Assembly: GCF_963921235.1 (NCBI RefSeq)
Contig: NC_086108.1
Coordinates: forward strand, 40,240,001-40,304,000
Direction: 5' to 3'
DNA length: 64,000 nucleotides
DNA from: Mobula hypostoma
Lineage: Eukaryota
Positions 1-13,375 of this stretch are shown piece after piece. The notes beneath the pieces were generated by a model. The model was not told where the DNA came from. It was given only the letters and a program-made list of their open reading frames with translations, and ran no database searches. Both the position numbers and the translations under genes were made by a program. Each line of letters opens with the position of its first letter. The first letter of the stretch is position 1.

Positions 1-1556
1 ATAAAACATAGAACATGAAAATCTACAGCTCGTTACAGGCCCTTCAGCCCACAATGTTACGCTGACCATGTAACCTACTCTAGAAACGGCTGAGAATTTT
101 CCTATGGCATAGCTCTCTGTTTTTCTATGTTCCATGTACCTATATAAGAGACTCTTAAAAATCCTTATTGTATCCGCCTCTACCACCGTCACTGGCAGTG
201 CATTCCATGCACTCACCACTATCTCTGTGAAAAACTTACCCCTGACATCCTCCTTGTACCTACTTCCAAACACCTTAAAACTATGCCGCCTGGTGCTGGC
301 TATTTCAGCCCTGGGGAGAAAGCCTCTGGCTATCCATATGATCAATGCCTCTCATCAGCTTATACACCTCTATTAGGTCACTTCTCATCCTCTGTTGCTC
401 CAAGGAGAAAAGGCCAAATTCACTCAACCTATTCTCATAAGCCATGCTCTCCAATCCAGGCTATATCCTTGTAAATCTCCTCTGCACAGTCTCTATAGTA
501 TCCACATCCTTCCTACAGTGTGGTGACCAGAACTGAACACAATACTCCAAGTGGGGTCTAACTAAGGTCTTGTATAGCTGTGACATTACCTCACGGCTCT
601 TGAACTCATCCCACGGTTGATGATGGTCAACACACCATACGCCTTCTTAATAACACTGTCAACCTGAGCAGCAGCTTTGAGTGTCCTATGGACATGGACT
701 CCAAGATCTTGCTGATCCTCCACACTGCCAAGAGTATTACCATTAATATTATATTCTGTCTTCAAATTTGACCTACCAAAATGAACCACTTCACACTTAT
801 TTGGGTTGAACTTCATCTGCCACTTCTCAACCCAGTTCTGCATCCTATTGATGTCCTGCTATAACCTCTGACAATCTTCCAGACTATCTAGAACACCCCC
901 AACTTTTGTGTAATCAGAAAACTTATAACCTACCCTTCTACTTACTCATCCAGATCATTTATAAAAAATCACAAAGAGGAGGGGTCCCGGAACAGATCCT
1001 TGTGGAACACCACTAGAGTACAAGCCATCTAAAACCACCCTTTGCCTTCTGTGGGCAAGCCAGTTCTGGATCCACAAAGCAAGGTCTCCTTGGATCCCAT
1101 GCCTCCCTACTTTCTGAATGAGCCTTGCATGGGAAACCTTATCAAATGCCTTACTGAAATCCATATACACTACATCCACTGCTCTAACTTTATCAATGTG
1201 TTTTGCTACATCCGCAAATAAATTAGGCTTGTAAAGGACAACCTGCCCTCGACAAGCCATACTGACTATCCCTAATCAGATTATGTCTCTACAAATGCTC
1301 ATAAATCCTACCTCTCAGGATCTTCTCCAACAATCTGCTGACCACTGAAGTAAGACTCACCGGTCTGTAATTTCCTGGGTTAACTTTACTCCCTTTCTTG
1401 AAGAAGAGAATAGCATTTGCAACCCTTTCACCATCTGGTACTTCTCCCATCTCTATTGATGATGGGAATATCATCACTAGAGGCTCAGTAATCTCCTCCC
1501 TTGCTTCCTACTGTAGCCTGGGATATATCTTGTCCAGTCCCGGTGACTTATCTAAC
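1..1556 (-). mobile_element. CR1 LINE, 3' half (RT C-terminus, 3' UTR, microsatellite tail), degraded
   Basis: Minus-strand ORF pieces 'VDVVYMDFSKAFDKVSH', 'SGVPQGSV', 'NYRPVSLTSVV' and 'WQMKFNPNKCEVVHFG'. A CATAGAA-type tail occupies positions 1-20. It is the inverted homolog of about 17290-18851. Confidence 0.95.
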
Positions 1557-1559
1557 TTA

Positions 1560-2877
1560 GTACACTGCAATTTTTTTACCAGTTTTCTTTACAAAACTGC
1601 TCAAGCACCGCAAGGTAGCATGGGGATCATGAGTGAACAGCCCTTTTCAAGTCCGGCCACAAATTCTCAGTTGGATTGAAGACCGGACACTGACTTGGCC
1701 GCTCCAGGAAATTAACCTTGTTGTTTTTAAGACACCTCTGTGTAGCCTTGGCTTTATGCTTGGTGTTATTGTCTTGCTGGGAAACAAATTTTCTCCTTAG
1801 TTGCAGTTCTGTTGCAGACTGCATCAAGTTTACCTCCAGGATCCCCCTGTATTTTGCTGCATTCATTTAACCTTCTACCTTCACGAGCCTTCCAGGCTCT
1901 GCTGCAGTGAAGCATTCCCTCAACATGATGCAGTCACCACTATGTTTCACGGTAGGGATAGTGTGTTTCTGATGATGTGTAGTGTTTGGCTTACACCAAA
2001 TGTAGTGCTTAATTTGAAGGCCAAAAAGCTGAATTTTGATTTTAGCTGACTTCAGAGTCTACCACATGCCTTCTGACAAACTTCAGCTGAGATTTCATGT
2101 GAGTTTTTTCCCAACAGTGGTTTTCTCTTTGCCACTTTCCCATAAAGCTGTGACTGCTGAAGCACCTGAGTCACAGATGTCGTATGTACAGTCTCTCCCG
2201 TCTCAGCCACTGAAGCTTGTAACTTCTTCAGAGCTGTCATAGGTCTCTCGGTGGCCTCACTCACTCGTACCCTTCTTGCATGGTCACTTAGTTTTTGAGG
2301 ATGGCTTGCTCTAGGCAGATTTACATATTCTTTCCAGTTCTTGATGTTTGACTTAACTACTCCAAGGGATATTCAGTGACTTGGAAATTTTCTTATATCC
2401 ATCTCCTGACTTGTACTTTTCAAAAACCTTTTCACAGAGTTGCTTGGAGTGTTTTTTTGTCTTCATGGCATAGTTTTTGCAGGGATACTGACACACCAGC
2501 AGTCGGACCTTCCAAATACAGGTGCATTTTTACTACAAACAATTGAAACACCTTGACTGCACACAGGGCTCCAAAAACAGATCTCCATTTAACTAATTAT
2601 GTGACTTCAGAAACCAATTGGCTGCACCAGCGAAGATTTAGTGTGTCATATTAAAGGGGGGGGGGGTTGGTTGAATACTTATACAATCAATTATTTTGTA
2701 TTTTATATTTGTAATTAATATAAATCACTTTGTAGAGATCCGTTTTCACTTTGACACAAGAGAGTCTTTCTGTTGATCAGTGTCAAGAAAGCCAAATTAA
2801 GTCCACTGTGATTCAATGTTGTAAAACAATAAAACATGAAAACTTCCAAGGAACATGAATATTTGTTATAGGCACTG
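1560..2877 (-). mobile_element. Tc1-family DNA transposon (DD34E), 3'-truncated and frameshifted
   Basis: ORF 1627..1866 has 'QQDNNTKH...NPTENLW' with exactly 34 residues between D and E. A DNA-binding-region fragment lies at 2052..2264, and MKTKKHSKQL starts at ~2466. The terminal repeat '...ttataggcactg' ends at 2877 and is followed by TA. The left end breaks inside the transposase. Confidence 0.92.
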
Positions 2878-3822
2878 TATCTCCTCCTTGCTGACGATCA
2901 ACACTGGCACATCTCAGGGATGTATGCTTAGCCCACTGCTCTACTCTCTCTATATCCATGACTGTGTGGCTAGGTATAGCTCAAATACCATCTATAAATT
3001 TGCTGATGATACAACCATTGTTGGTAGAATCTCAGATGGAGAGGAAAGGGTGTACATGAGCGAGATATGCCAACTAGTATAGTGGTTTTGCAGCAACAAC
3101 CTTGTACTTGATGTCAGTAAGACGAAAGAGATGATTGTGGACTTCAGGAAGAATAAGACAAGGGACCATGAACCAATCCTCATAGAAGGATCAGAAGTGG
3201 AGAGAGTGAGCAATTTCATGTTCCTGGGTGTCGAGATCTCTGAGAATCTAACCTGGTCCCAACATATCAATGCAGCTATAAAGAAGGAAAGACAGCAGCT
3301 ATATTTCATTATATTTCATTAAAGGATTCGTCTGTCAGCCAAAACACTCAAAAACTTCTATCAATGTACTGTGGAGCATTCTGATAGGCTGCATCGCTGT
3401 CTGGTATGGGGAAGTGGGGGGGGGGCTACTACACAGGGCCAAAAGAAGCTACAGGAAGTTGTAAAGTTAGTCAATCCCATCTGGGGTACTTGTCTCCATA
3501 ATTTCCAAGACATCTTCAAGGAGTGGTGCCTCAGAAAGACAACGCCCATTATTAAGGACTCCCATCACCCATGCTATATGCTTCTTCCCCTCTGCCAAAT
3601 GATTCCTAATTGGACCTTGAACCCATGAGCACTACCTCACTTATTAAAAAATATAAATTATTTCTGTATTTGTACCAATTTAATCTATTTAATACACATA
3701 TACTTACTGTAATTGATTTACTTATTTCTTGTCTTTCTATATTATCGTGTATTGCATTGCACTGCCGCTGCTAAGTTCACAAATCTCATAACACGTGCTG
3801 GTGATAATAAACCAGATTCTGT
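2878..3822 (+). mobile_element. Rex1/Babar-type LINE, RT and 3' end
   Basis: 'TGTSQGCMLSPLLYSLY..DC', 'YKFADDTTIVG' and 'MIVDFRK..VERVSNFMFLGV..LTWSQH'; the 3' end reads 'ggtgataataaaccagattctg'. Confidence 0.88.
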
Positions 3823-4718
3823 ACTGCAAGGAGATATTTCATTTGGATGATAAATACAGTACTTAGAGAGTGTAAGTACATTAACAAGTTTCTAACAGGC
3901 ATTAGTGTTAGAAGGACAGAACACTTTACACCTCAATAATGGGTAGATGAAATAAATTCTATGATTCAGAGTGTGATCTGCATGAAATAATATCCGGTAA
4001 GGAATACAGCTTTGTGGGGATAATTACAGATAGGCGACAACCAAATGCTGTTTAGGCTATGAGTTTATGTTGGAGAAGTCAATCATTTAGGGATGTGGTA
4101 TGTGGGTATTTCAGGATGATGTTGTTTCATTTCATTTATCTGTGCCAAGCAGGAAAAGATATTTCAGTAACATGCAAAGTGCAGGTGGAAATCAGCAGGT
4201 CAGGTCCCATCCAAGAACAAACAGTTGGTTTTCCAGTGTAAAGTGGTCTTCAGTTAAATGCTGTCAACTTGCATGTTCCAAGGTGCAGGAGTACATGCTG
4301 AGCGCCTCACTAAAGCTGGGCACAGTCATCACAAAGCTTTTGTGGAGAACGAACACAGTCTAGTGTCCTGCTGCCACTGGTCGCCAAGCAGCTTCTCAAA
4401 TGCTTCATGGGTACATTTGTTAAGGAGAACATTTGAGCAAGGTTGCCACATTTTAAGGGAATATATTAAAATAGTGGCACAATGAATGTAGAGAAAGACG
4501 TTCTAATTGTATTTACTATGTATATTATGAAAGAAGTATATTTTTGAAAAAACTCATGCTTACCAGAGGCAAGACAAAAGAGAACAGTGAAGGGGAGGCT
4601 AAGGGTGTATCCATCTGCTCTGTGTTTGTTCTTCCTGAACCAGCCTGACCATTTTCCTAACTCTGCCCCTGTTCCTGGTTTTCCTGAGTAAATTCAATTA
4701 TTAATTATTGATGTAAAT

Positions 4719-4797
4719 CAGGGGTTTCCAACCTGGGGTCCATGTACCCCTCAGTTAATGGCAGGGACCCATAGCATAAAAATGTTGGGAACCCCTG
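4719..4797. mobile_element. 79-bp hAT-like MITE
   Basis: Terminal inverted repeats CAGGGGTTTCCAAC and GTTGGGAACCCCTG are 13/14 complementary. CAGGGG ends are typical of hAT MITEs. The 8-bp TSD is not preserved. Confidence 0.7.
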
Positions 4798-5224
4798 CTG
4801 TTATCAGTTTATCTTCACATACACTGATTATTTTCCACACTATGGTGATTTTAATCATCCTTAACTACTGAACAACTTTGTTTTGGATACTTACAGTTCC
4901 ACTTGCTTCGAGTGAAGTGAACTGGAAACTATTGTCATTTTTGCCATGTTGAAAGCTGATCATTAAGCAGATAATGCACATTCAGCCTAAAGGTCAAAGT
5001 AAAGTTTCTGCTTTCTATGTTGAATTTGAAACACTCAGTTCAAACACAAATGAGGAGGCAGGGAAAAGGTCTAAAAGTTACTATGTCTGCATATTGAAAC
5101 TTGATTTTATAATTTACTTTAAGAAGAAATATTTCTGGAAAACAATTAGATACGTCAGCTCTTACCAAAGTATATCAGTGCTTTGGCAATTTAGTGAAAA
5201 AATTTAACTTGTTTTAAAAAATAT

Positions 5225-5711
5225 ATAGTCATAGTCATAGTCATACTTTATTGATCCCGAGGGAAATTGGTTTTTGTTACAGTTGCACCATAAATAATAA
5301 ATAGTAATAGACCCATAAGTAGTTAAATAGTAATATGTAAATTATGCCAGTAAATTATGAAATAAGTCCAGGACCAGCCTATTGGCTCAGGGTGTCTGAC
5401 CCTCCAAGGGAGGAGTTGTAAAGTTTGATGGCCACAGGCAGGAATGACTTCCTATGACGCTCTGTGCTGCATCTCGGTGGAATGAGTCTCTGGCTGAATG
5501 TACTCCTGTGCCCACCCAGTACATTATGTAGTGGATGGGAGACATTGACCAAGATGGCATGCAACTTAGACAGCATCCTCTTTTCAGACACCACCGTGAG
5601 AGAGTCCAGTTCCATCCCCACAACATCACTGGCCTTACGAATGAGTTTGTTGATTCTGTTGGTGTCTGCTACCCTCAGCCTGCTGCCCCAGCACACAACA
5701 ACAAACATCAA
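5225..5711 (-). mobile_element. Rex/Babar-type LINE, 5'-truncated 3' end with (GACTAT)n tail
   Basis: ORF 5379..5711 reads 'CWGS...NKLIRKAS...SHPLH...PRCSTERHRKSFLPVAIKLYNS' up to its stop; the tail (atagtc)3 lies at 5225-5243. Confidence 0.85.
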
Positions 5712-6211
5712 ATAACACTCTTATTGTTGCCATATTCTTGATTAGATCAAGTATATACTGTATCGGTCCTCTCACTGGCATTTTCAATTAAGTGTTGTTT
5801 TAAAAAAAGACAGAACCATGTAGGTCTTCACATCCAACTCATGTGATTGCCATTTCATATATCAAGTGTGTTATGTGACTGGTTGGAAAACCTATGACTG
5901 GGCTGATCATCATGTCACTGTTCTTTACTGTGTCCTGGCCAGCAAAGTGATAAAACTACCCAAGTTAGCTAATGAAGACAGGCATATAGACAGGAAAGGT
6001 TTAGATATGGGCTAAAGTGGGCAAATGTATCTCACTTGCATGGTTGGCATGTTTGAATTGGACCAGGTGGGGCTAGTTTCCATGCTGTGTCACTATAACC
6101 CCCTGACTCTATGGCCAGCACAAGGCTAAGTGAAGAGTGAAACAATCAAAATTCTAATGAGTCCTTGCAGGGGAGATGCAACTTCACCTGGTTTATAATA
6201 AGGTATATAAT

Positions 6212-7605
6212 AAACATAAGGGATTCTGCAGATGTTGGAAATCCAAAGCAAAACACATAAAGTGCTGGTGGAAAGCAGCAGGCCAGGCAGCTTCTATGGA
6301 AATGAATAAATAGTCAAGGTTTTGGGCCAAGACCCTTCCTAAGGACTGGAAAGGAAGGGGGAAGATGCCAGAATAAGTAGGTGGGGAGGGGAAGGAGGAC
6401 AAGCCAGAAGGTGACAGGTGAAGCCTGGTGGGTAGGGGAGGGAGTTGAAGTAAGAATCTGGGAGATAATAGTTGTAAAGGGATGGAGAATGAGGAATCTA
6501 ATAAGAGAGGAGTGTGGATCATGGGAGAAAGGGAAGGAGGAGCAGGTCCAGGGGGAGGTGACACACAGTGAAGAGAAGAGATAAAGGGGGGGGGGGCGCA
6601 GAGTTGGGAAATGAAGAAAAGGGAAAGGGCAGAGGGTAAAGTTATCAGAAGTTGAAGAAATTGATGTTTATGCCATCAGGTTGGAGGCTTCCTAGACAGA
6701 ATATAAGGTGTCTACCTCACATTTTTAATATATATTATTTCCATTTTTTGCATGATTTTTAATCTGTTCTATATACGTATACTGTAATTTATTTATTTAT
6801 TATTATTATTTTATTTTGTTTTTCTTAATTCTATATTACGCATTGTATTTTGCTGCTGCTGCTAAGTTAAATTTCACATGCCAGTGATAATAAACCTGAT
6901 TCTGATTCTGTTAATCCTTTGACCTGAGAGTGGCAGAAGAAGAGGCTATGGACCTAGATGTTAGAATGGAAATGGGGATTGGAATTAAAATGGCTGGCCA
7001 CCATGAAATCCTACTTTTTGCAGATGGAGCGAAGGTGCTTGACAAAAAGGTCCCCTGATCCACTTTGGGTTTCGTCAGTGTAGAGGAGGTTGCATTTGGG
7101 AGCACCAGACACTGAGATGACCCAATAGATTTGCAAATGACGTGTTGCCTGGAAGGATCATTTGGCGCTGAATGGAGGTCAGGGAGGAGGCAAATGGCAG
7201 GATGTTTTCCACCTCTGCCTTCCCTCTTCTTATTTCCTCACTCTGTCCCCCATCTTACCTCTTCTACTTATCTGCCCATCATCTCCTCCTGGTTCTCATT
7301 CTCCTTCCCTTACTCCCATTGTCCATTCTCCTCTCCTATCAGATTCCTTCTTCTCTATTCCTTTACCTTTCCTGCCTATCATCTCCCAACTTTTTACTTC
7401 ATTGTCCCCTCCCCCATCTACTCAGCTTCACCTGTCGCCTTCTGGCTTGTACTCACTCAACCCCTTCACCCACCTTCCTATTCCGGCCTCTTCCCTCTTC
7501 CTTTCCAGTCCAGATGAAGGGTCTCAGCTCGAATTGTTAATTGATTATTCATTTCCATAGATGCTGCCTGGCCTGCTGAGTTTCTCCAGCATTTTGTGTG
7601 TGTTG
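6212..7605. mobile_element. Penelope-like element remnant with inverted pseudo-LTR ends
   Basis: 6212-~7205 matches the minus-strand pLTR and GIY-YIG end of the 57660-61492 element; ~7205-7605 is the same pLTR on the plus strand. Decayed hammerhead motifs sit at 6312-6347 (-) and 7507-7542 (+). Confidence 0.85.
6720..6911 (+). mobile_element. Rex-type LINE 3' tail inserted in the Penelope-like remnant
   Basis: 'gctgctaagttaaatttcacatgccagtgataataaacctgattctgattctg' matches the tail at 3760-3822; the Penelope-like sequence resumes after it. Confidence 0.75.
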
Positions 7606-9009
7606 ACCAAAGTATATAGTATAGCTAAATTCAGAGGCTCAGTAGTGGAAGTTTGGAACCAAAGCAAGCCATTGACATAGATACCATACCACACAGCAAA
7701 GTCTGCCCTCACCAACTGATTGTTTCCTAGATATCAATCTCTTTGACAAAGGGAATAAATCTTTACTTTTCATTATGTGCACAGCTGCAATCTTGGGGAA
7801 TGTCTCCAATGTCTCAGAAAATGTGCCTGAAAGGGAAGACGCAACATAAAACTGAAGCACAGGACCCTGAGATTCCCTTCCCTACCATTCAGCTGGTTAC
7901 TGTACAGGCTCTGGAAGATCCAAGAACTCACAGCAAGATTGCAATACCAAAGGGACATCAAGTACTGTTGTGTGTTCTGTTTCCCAGAGATATGGCTCAG
8001 TCCGCACTCTGGATATGGTCTTTCAGCTTGAGGGCTTCACCATCCACTGCACGGACCAGATGATAGCATGAGGTCAAATCAGAGGTGGTGGCTTTATGAT
8101 TAACTCTTCATGATGCACAGACATAGTGGTTCTGTCTCAGACCTACTCAGCCAACCTGGAACATTTGGCAGTCAAATGTTGTCCGTCTGCCTGCTAAGGG
8201 AGTTCTCCATTGTCATTCTGGTAGCAGTGTACACTCCAATCCTGGCAGGTACCAAGCTGGCACTGGAGGAGCTGAGCACAACGAACACCAGTAATGAGAC
8301 AGCACACCCTGATGTCTTCTAATCATTGTGGGGCACTTTAGCTAGGCTAGCTTGAAGAAAAGGGAACATGCCATTAACATGTTACCTGTCATACCAGAGG
8401 AGCCCACATACTTGACTACTGACACACGTCCATCAAGAACACTTACCGTGACATGTCATGTCTGCATTTTGGCAAGTCTGATTTCTGATTTCCTGGCTGT
8501 AACTCTACTTCCAGTGTTTAGGCAGTGAATAAGGACTGCAGCTCTAGTGGGGAGGACAGTGAAAGTTAGGTCAGAGAGATAGAGGAACATGTATAGGACT
8601 GACTTGAATCAGTGGACAGGGCCAAATTTATTAATTTATCTTTGGATCTGTATGAATGTGGCCCAACCACCACCAATTTCATTGAGACTTATGTGGATAA
8701 TGTGTGCCTTGGAGAACATATCAATTCCAGCAGTGATGAATGAACCAGGAGATTTGCAGTCTGCGAGGGCTAGATCTGTGAGGGCTAGATCATGACCAGC
8801 CAGAAAACTACAAGAAGTCAATGTATGATCTAGGGAAGGTCATTATGAGAGCAAAAAGACAATCCGGATTAAAACTAGAGACAGAATTGGATGCATGACA
8901 CCTATGGCAGGGTTGGCATGCCATTGATTCCTATAAGGCAAAACCTAAGAGCATAAATGGCAGTGATGCTCCACTCTTTGATGAGTTCAATTCCTTTCTT
9001 GCATGCTTT

Positions 9010-9070
9010 AGAACATAGAACAGTACAGCACAGTATAGGTCATTTCACCCACAATGTTGTGCTGACCATT
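9010..9070 (-). mobile_element. Short CR1 3'-tail fragment
   Basis: 'agaacatagaacagtacagcacagtataggtcatttcacccacaatgttgtgctgacc' resembles positions 1-70. Confidence 0.65.
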
Positions 9071-9556
9071 TGAGTTATTCCAAGATCTTCGACTTCCTTC
9101 GAAGTCCACAGTTGGTGCAGATCAGTAATAACATCTCTTCCTTACCATCAACACAGGTGCACCTCAAAAATGCGTGTTTAACTCATTTCCCTAACTTCTC
9201 TACACTCACGACTCTGTGGTTAGGCACATCTCAAGCACAATCTATAGCCTCACTGACGACAGGTGTGAAATACATCCGCTGGTTGAGAGGCTTTGTAGCA
9301 CCATACACAATGTCATCAAGACCTGGGAATTGACTGTGGACTTCAGGAAGGGGAAGTGAGGAGAATATGATCTAGTCAGCAGTGAAAAGGGTGAGCATCT
9401 TCAAGCTCCTGGGTGTCAACATCTCACAGGATCTATCCTGGGCCCAAACATCAGCCTTTACTTTATTAGAAGCTTGAGGAAATTTGATAAGTCACCAAAA
9501 AGACTTTTACAACTTTCCATAGATGTAGAGTGGAGAGCATTCTGACTGGATGCATC

Positions 9557-9771
9557 TGTTATGTTTTATAACTGCAAAACTAATTGAAAGAAAAACATGG
9601 GAGCCAGGGATGACGTGGACACTTCGTTCTTTACTTTAGTGAGGCATGCACTTATGACATGGTGGCGTAATGATGTATAACCAGTAATGAATTATGTAAA
9701 CAACCATTGCTTAATCAAACAATATATTTACAATATTACTCAAATATTACTTAATTATTAAATACACAACA
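9557..9771 (-). repeat. 3' LTR of the Gypsy element
   Basis: tgttatgttttataac...aaatacacaaca; direct repeat of 13376-13616; adjacent to the PPT. Confidence 0.9.
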
Positions 9772-9984
9772 CTCCCCTCTGCTTAGCTATAAATGCCAAC
9801 TCAATATAGAATGTATCTCAATTTATACTGTATATATTACACAGGAGAGTGGTCCAGTTCGGTCCTTAATCTTTCTGAGTACCCTCCTTTGATCACCTCT
9901 GTAGTCTTCACCAGGACTGCTTGTCTAGGAGTGAAAAAACAATTTTCCTGTTGAAGGTGGCATCACCTAAGACGTGCGACAGTT

Positions 9985-10990
9985 TACTAGTAGTTCAAAA
10001 GCAAATGAATTTGATTAAGACTATTATTAATAACACTTTTTTGAAGTAAATTGTGATAAACATATTTCACGTCACATGCCGGTGATAACAAACCTGATTC
10101 TGATTCTGATTCTGAACTATCACCGCAAGCAATGAAGCGAGCGAAGGCAAAGCGAATTCGCCAGATGTGCACGCTACAAAATCAACATACTTGGAGTTGG
10201 AGTGAATGATTCGGAGGGGAGAAGATGGGACAGAGAAGTTCCAATGTCCGTCCAGCTAACTCGGGTACAAGGGTGAATCACTCTAAGCGTCGAGTCGAAT
10301 TGGAGAGGTCGAGAACGTTTTCTTCGGCAGCAAACTCCAGGTTCGAAGTGATTCGATGGGCGGCGTGTTTGAGACCTGGTGCGGCTCGTCACAGAGAGGC
10401 CCGGGTCCTATTGTGAGGTACAACCTGCTTTTAGGACAATCTAAATGGAAAAGGTAGGGTATTGAGAGTCGGGTGAGGTCGGATCTCTCTGGGCACCAAA
10501 CCAATTTGGAGAGGTCTAGAACGGCTCGTTCAGCCCTAAGCAATTCGCCGGCTGTGGGGCCTGGTTGTAGTGCAAGGATCGGACAATTTAAACGCTGGCC
10601 CAGATAGTCTGGAGGCTTCTCTCTCCATGATGCTAAGGCTTTGAGACTCCACAGGCTGCTATGCTTCATGTCCATGAATTTTGCAACAATTTTCCCTGTT
10701 AACACGATGAACTGAATACCGAGGCTTTGGGCCTTCTCCGGGTTGATCTAGGGACTCAATTTGGTTCGGAATGCTGTTATTGTTGCTTACTTCTATTGTT
10801 TATATGATGTGTTTTGTGTTTTTTTTTCCCTCTTTCTCCGTGGGCACTGAGGGGTTGGTCTTATTTTTAATAGGGTTCTTTCGGGTACCTTGCTTTGTGA
10901 CTGCCTGTAAGCAAACAAATCTCAAGGTTATATAATTTATACATTCTTTGATAATAAATGCACTTTGAAACTTTTGAAATTTTGAAACAT
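9985..10990 (+). mobile_element. Insertions inside the Gypsy element: a Rex-type (GATTCT)n tail followed by a CpG-rich non-coding retroposon with a (TTTGAA)n-type tail
   Basis: 'ggtgataacaaacctgattctgattctgattctga' lies at 10081-10115. The 3' end 'aatctcaaggtt...tttgataataaatgcactttgaaacttttgaaattttgaa' resembles the LINE tail at 49810-49875. Confidence 0.6.
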
Positions 10991-12368
10991 CGAACCTCCT
11001 TGTTTGAGGATTCCTCAATTTGTCTCAGCTGTTTGTCCTACATACTTCTGGGACTGGGTTTGAGGAGGTCAAATGTGAGTGCAAGGAACGTCCCAGGAAC
11101 AGCATAGGAGAAATTGACGAGCTTCAGATTCAGTGTCGGTGTAGTGTGTTCTGCTGGCATTGCTCGCAGTGCGTGCTTTAGACTCTGGAGAAACCATTTC
11201 GCCGAGCTATTCATAGCTGGGAGATAGTTCCGATGTAATACGTTTTATTCTGTTCATTTTCAGGAATGACTGAAACTGTTCCCCAAAAAATTGTGGTCCA
11301 TTGTCACTGACTAGGTGTTCTGGAACTTCAGTCCTTGAGAAAAGGCTTCTCAGCACATCAATACTTTGCGAGATTATAGTGGCTAGAAAGGAGCGAGTCC
11401 ATAAAGCCTTTGTAAATGCTTATGGTGAGATACACTTTGACTCTTTTTGCATCTCCATCTGTAGGTAGGCCTCAGCTAAGTCTATTTTGCTGAAGTGTTT
11501 TCTTTCAGAAAGGTTTGCAAAGATATCCTCTATCCTGGGCAGAGGGTATTAATCACTTCCAGAACTTCGTTGATGGTGACCTTAAAATAACCACAGATCC
11601 TGACAGACCCATTCTTCTTGACTACTGGAACAACTGGCATTGCCCATGGGCTCCACTTAAACTTGGAAGGCACTCCTTAAGCCTGCATGTAGTCTAGCTC
11701 ACTGACTACATTATCATGGATGGTATAAGGAACCAGACAGGCCTTGTAAAACTTGGGTGTGGGATTTTAATTTAATGCTATTTTACCCTTCATATGTTTG
11801 AGTTTTCCAATGCAATCCCTGAACACTGCTGTAGCATCATTTCTTAATTTGCCTTCAGTTGACTATTTTGTAGGGGATGTGGCATGCAAACAGTGGATAG
11901 GTGTCCTATCATGTTGGACTTGTCTCAGCCAATCACGGCCCCACAATGTTGGCCCTTCTGTTCTTACCACATACAAGACCAATGAGGTGTGCTGGTTGTT
12001 GTATTTCACTGTCACAAATGTTATTCCCACAGGAATTATATTTTCATCGGTATATGTTCTTACTTAGATATCTGCATGCTTGGTTTAGTATCTTTGAAAT
12101 GCCATTCATACTTGTTTTGTGGAACAACTGAAAGAGTCGAGAAAGTGTCCGATTCCATTTCAATTAATTTGCAGTTCCCTTCTGGTGTAAGCCATATTGC
12201 TTGGCTCTTGTCATTTTTCGAATTTTAAATCTTAAGGCTACACAGTCCTGTGTTTCTCTCATCATAATCAGATTTTTCATCAACAGCATGCAGATTAATG
12301 TACTTTTTCAAACTGTAACTTGACTTTTATCTCTTTCTCTTCCCTGTGCAGGTCATTTATTTTTGTCT

Positions 12369-12454
12369 AGAAATCTACTGATGCTGGAAATCCAAGCAAT
12401 ACATATAAAATGCTGGAGGAACTACTGATTTCCTCCATCATTTTGGGTGTGCTG
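12369..12454. mobile_element. Hairpin micro-insertion of Penelope-like pLTR ends
   Basis: The pLTR end is followed by its partial inverse; the flanking 15-bp direct repeat (12354-12368 / 12455-12469) is 14/15 identical. Confidence 0.75.
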
Positions 12455-13375
12455 CATTTTTTTTTGTCTGCCGACATGCTCTTTGTATGTGCCCTGCTTT
12501 GTTGCATTTTCTGCAAGTTTCTCCTTTAAACCTGTAGCGTTCTGTTATATGTGAGCCCCTACTACAACAGTAGCACAATTTGTTCTGGCAGGGAGGTTTC
12601 TGTTTAATTTTGTTCATGCTCACTTGCAAATCAATTACATCTCTCCTGCAGTTTCCAATGATACAGTGATTTCAACTGCTCTTTTAAATGTGAGTTGTGC
12701 TTCAGACGGGAGTCATTTTTGAATTATTTATTGTAAGATTCTACAAACTAAGTGATCTGTCAGTGCATCATTAAGCCCTTCACTGAACTGACAATGCTCA
12801 GACAATCTCCTCAATTGAGCCACTTCAGCTGAAATGGACTTCCTTTTGATTCCACATATGAAACCTAAAGCATTCTGCTATCAAGAATGGTTTCAGTTCT
12901 AAATTTTCCTGCATTACTTTCACGATATCAGCAAAGCTCATTTTGGCTGGTTTGGTTGGAGCAGTCAAACTTTTAAGCAAATTTTATGTCTTTCTACTAA
13001 TGCACTCAGCAAACCAAGCATTCGCATTTTATTTGCTTCAAGATATCGCTCAATTTGTTCTGTATATATCACCCAGTTATCTTTTGTGCAATCGAACTTC
13101 TCTATTTTTCTGATGTAGCCAGACATTTCTGCTTCTTTTTCCCTTTTTGTTTATTATCATCCAATACTACCCACTGTTTATGAACCCATGAATTTCATCT
13201 GTTTTCTGTCTTTCTTTTTTCTCGACCATCTCACTGTGCTTTTTTTTTAATCTCAACCATTTCTCTCCCCTTGCGAAGAAAGTGTGCTGCACTCTTTTAA
13301 AAACTTGAATGTCTCGCTGGGTTTCAAAAGGTAGGTAGCCATGCTGTGTTCATTTTAAAACCAACTTGTGGCCAC

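Noticed and set aside
7131..7560. Hydrophobic Pro/Ser/Leu-rich ORFs that look like membrane proteins (also 6193-6564, 14670-15055, 28908-29201)
   Set aside because: They are translations of the pyrimidine-rich pLTR tract, which is stop-poor by composition.
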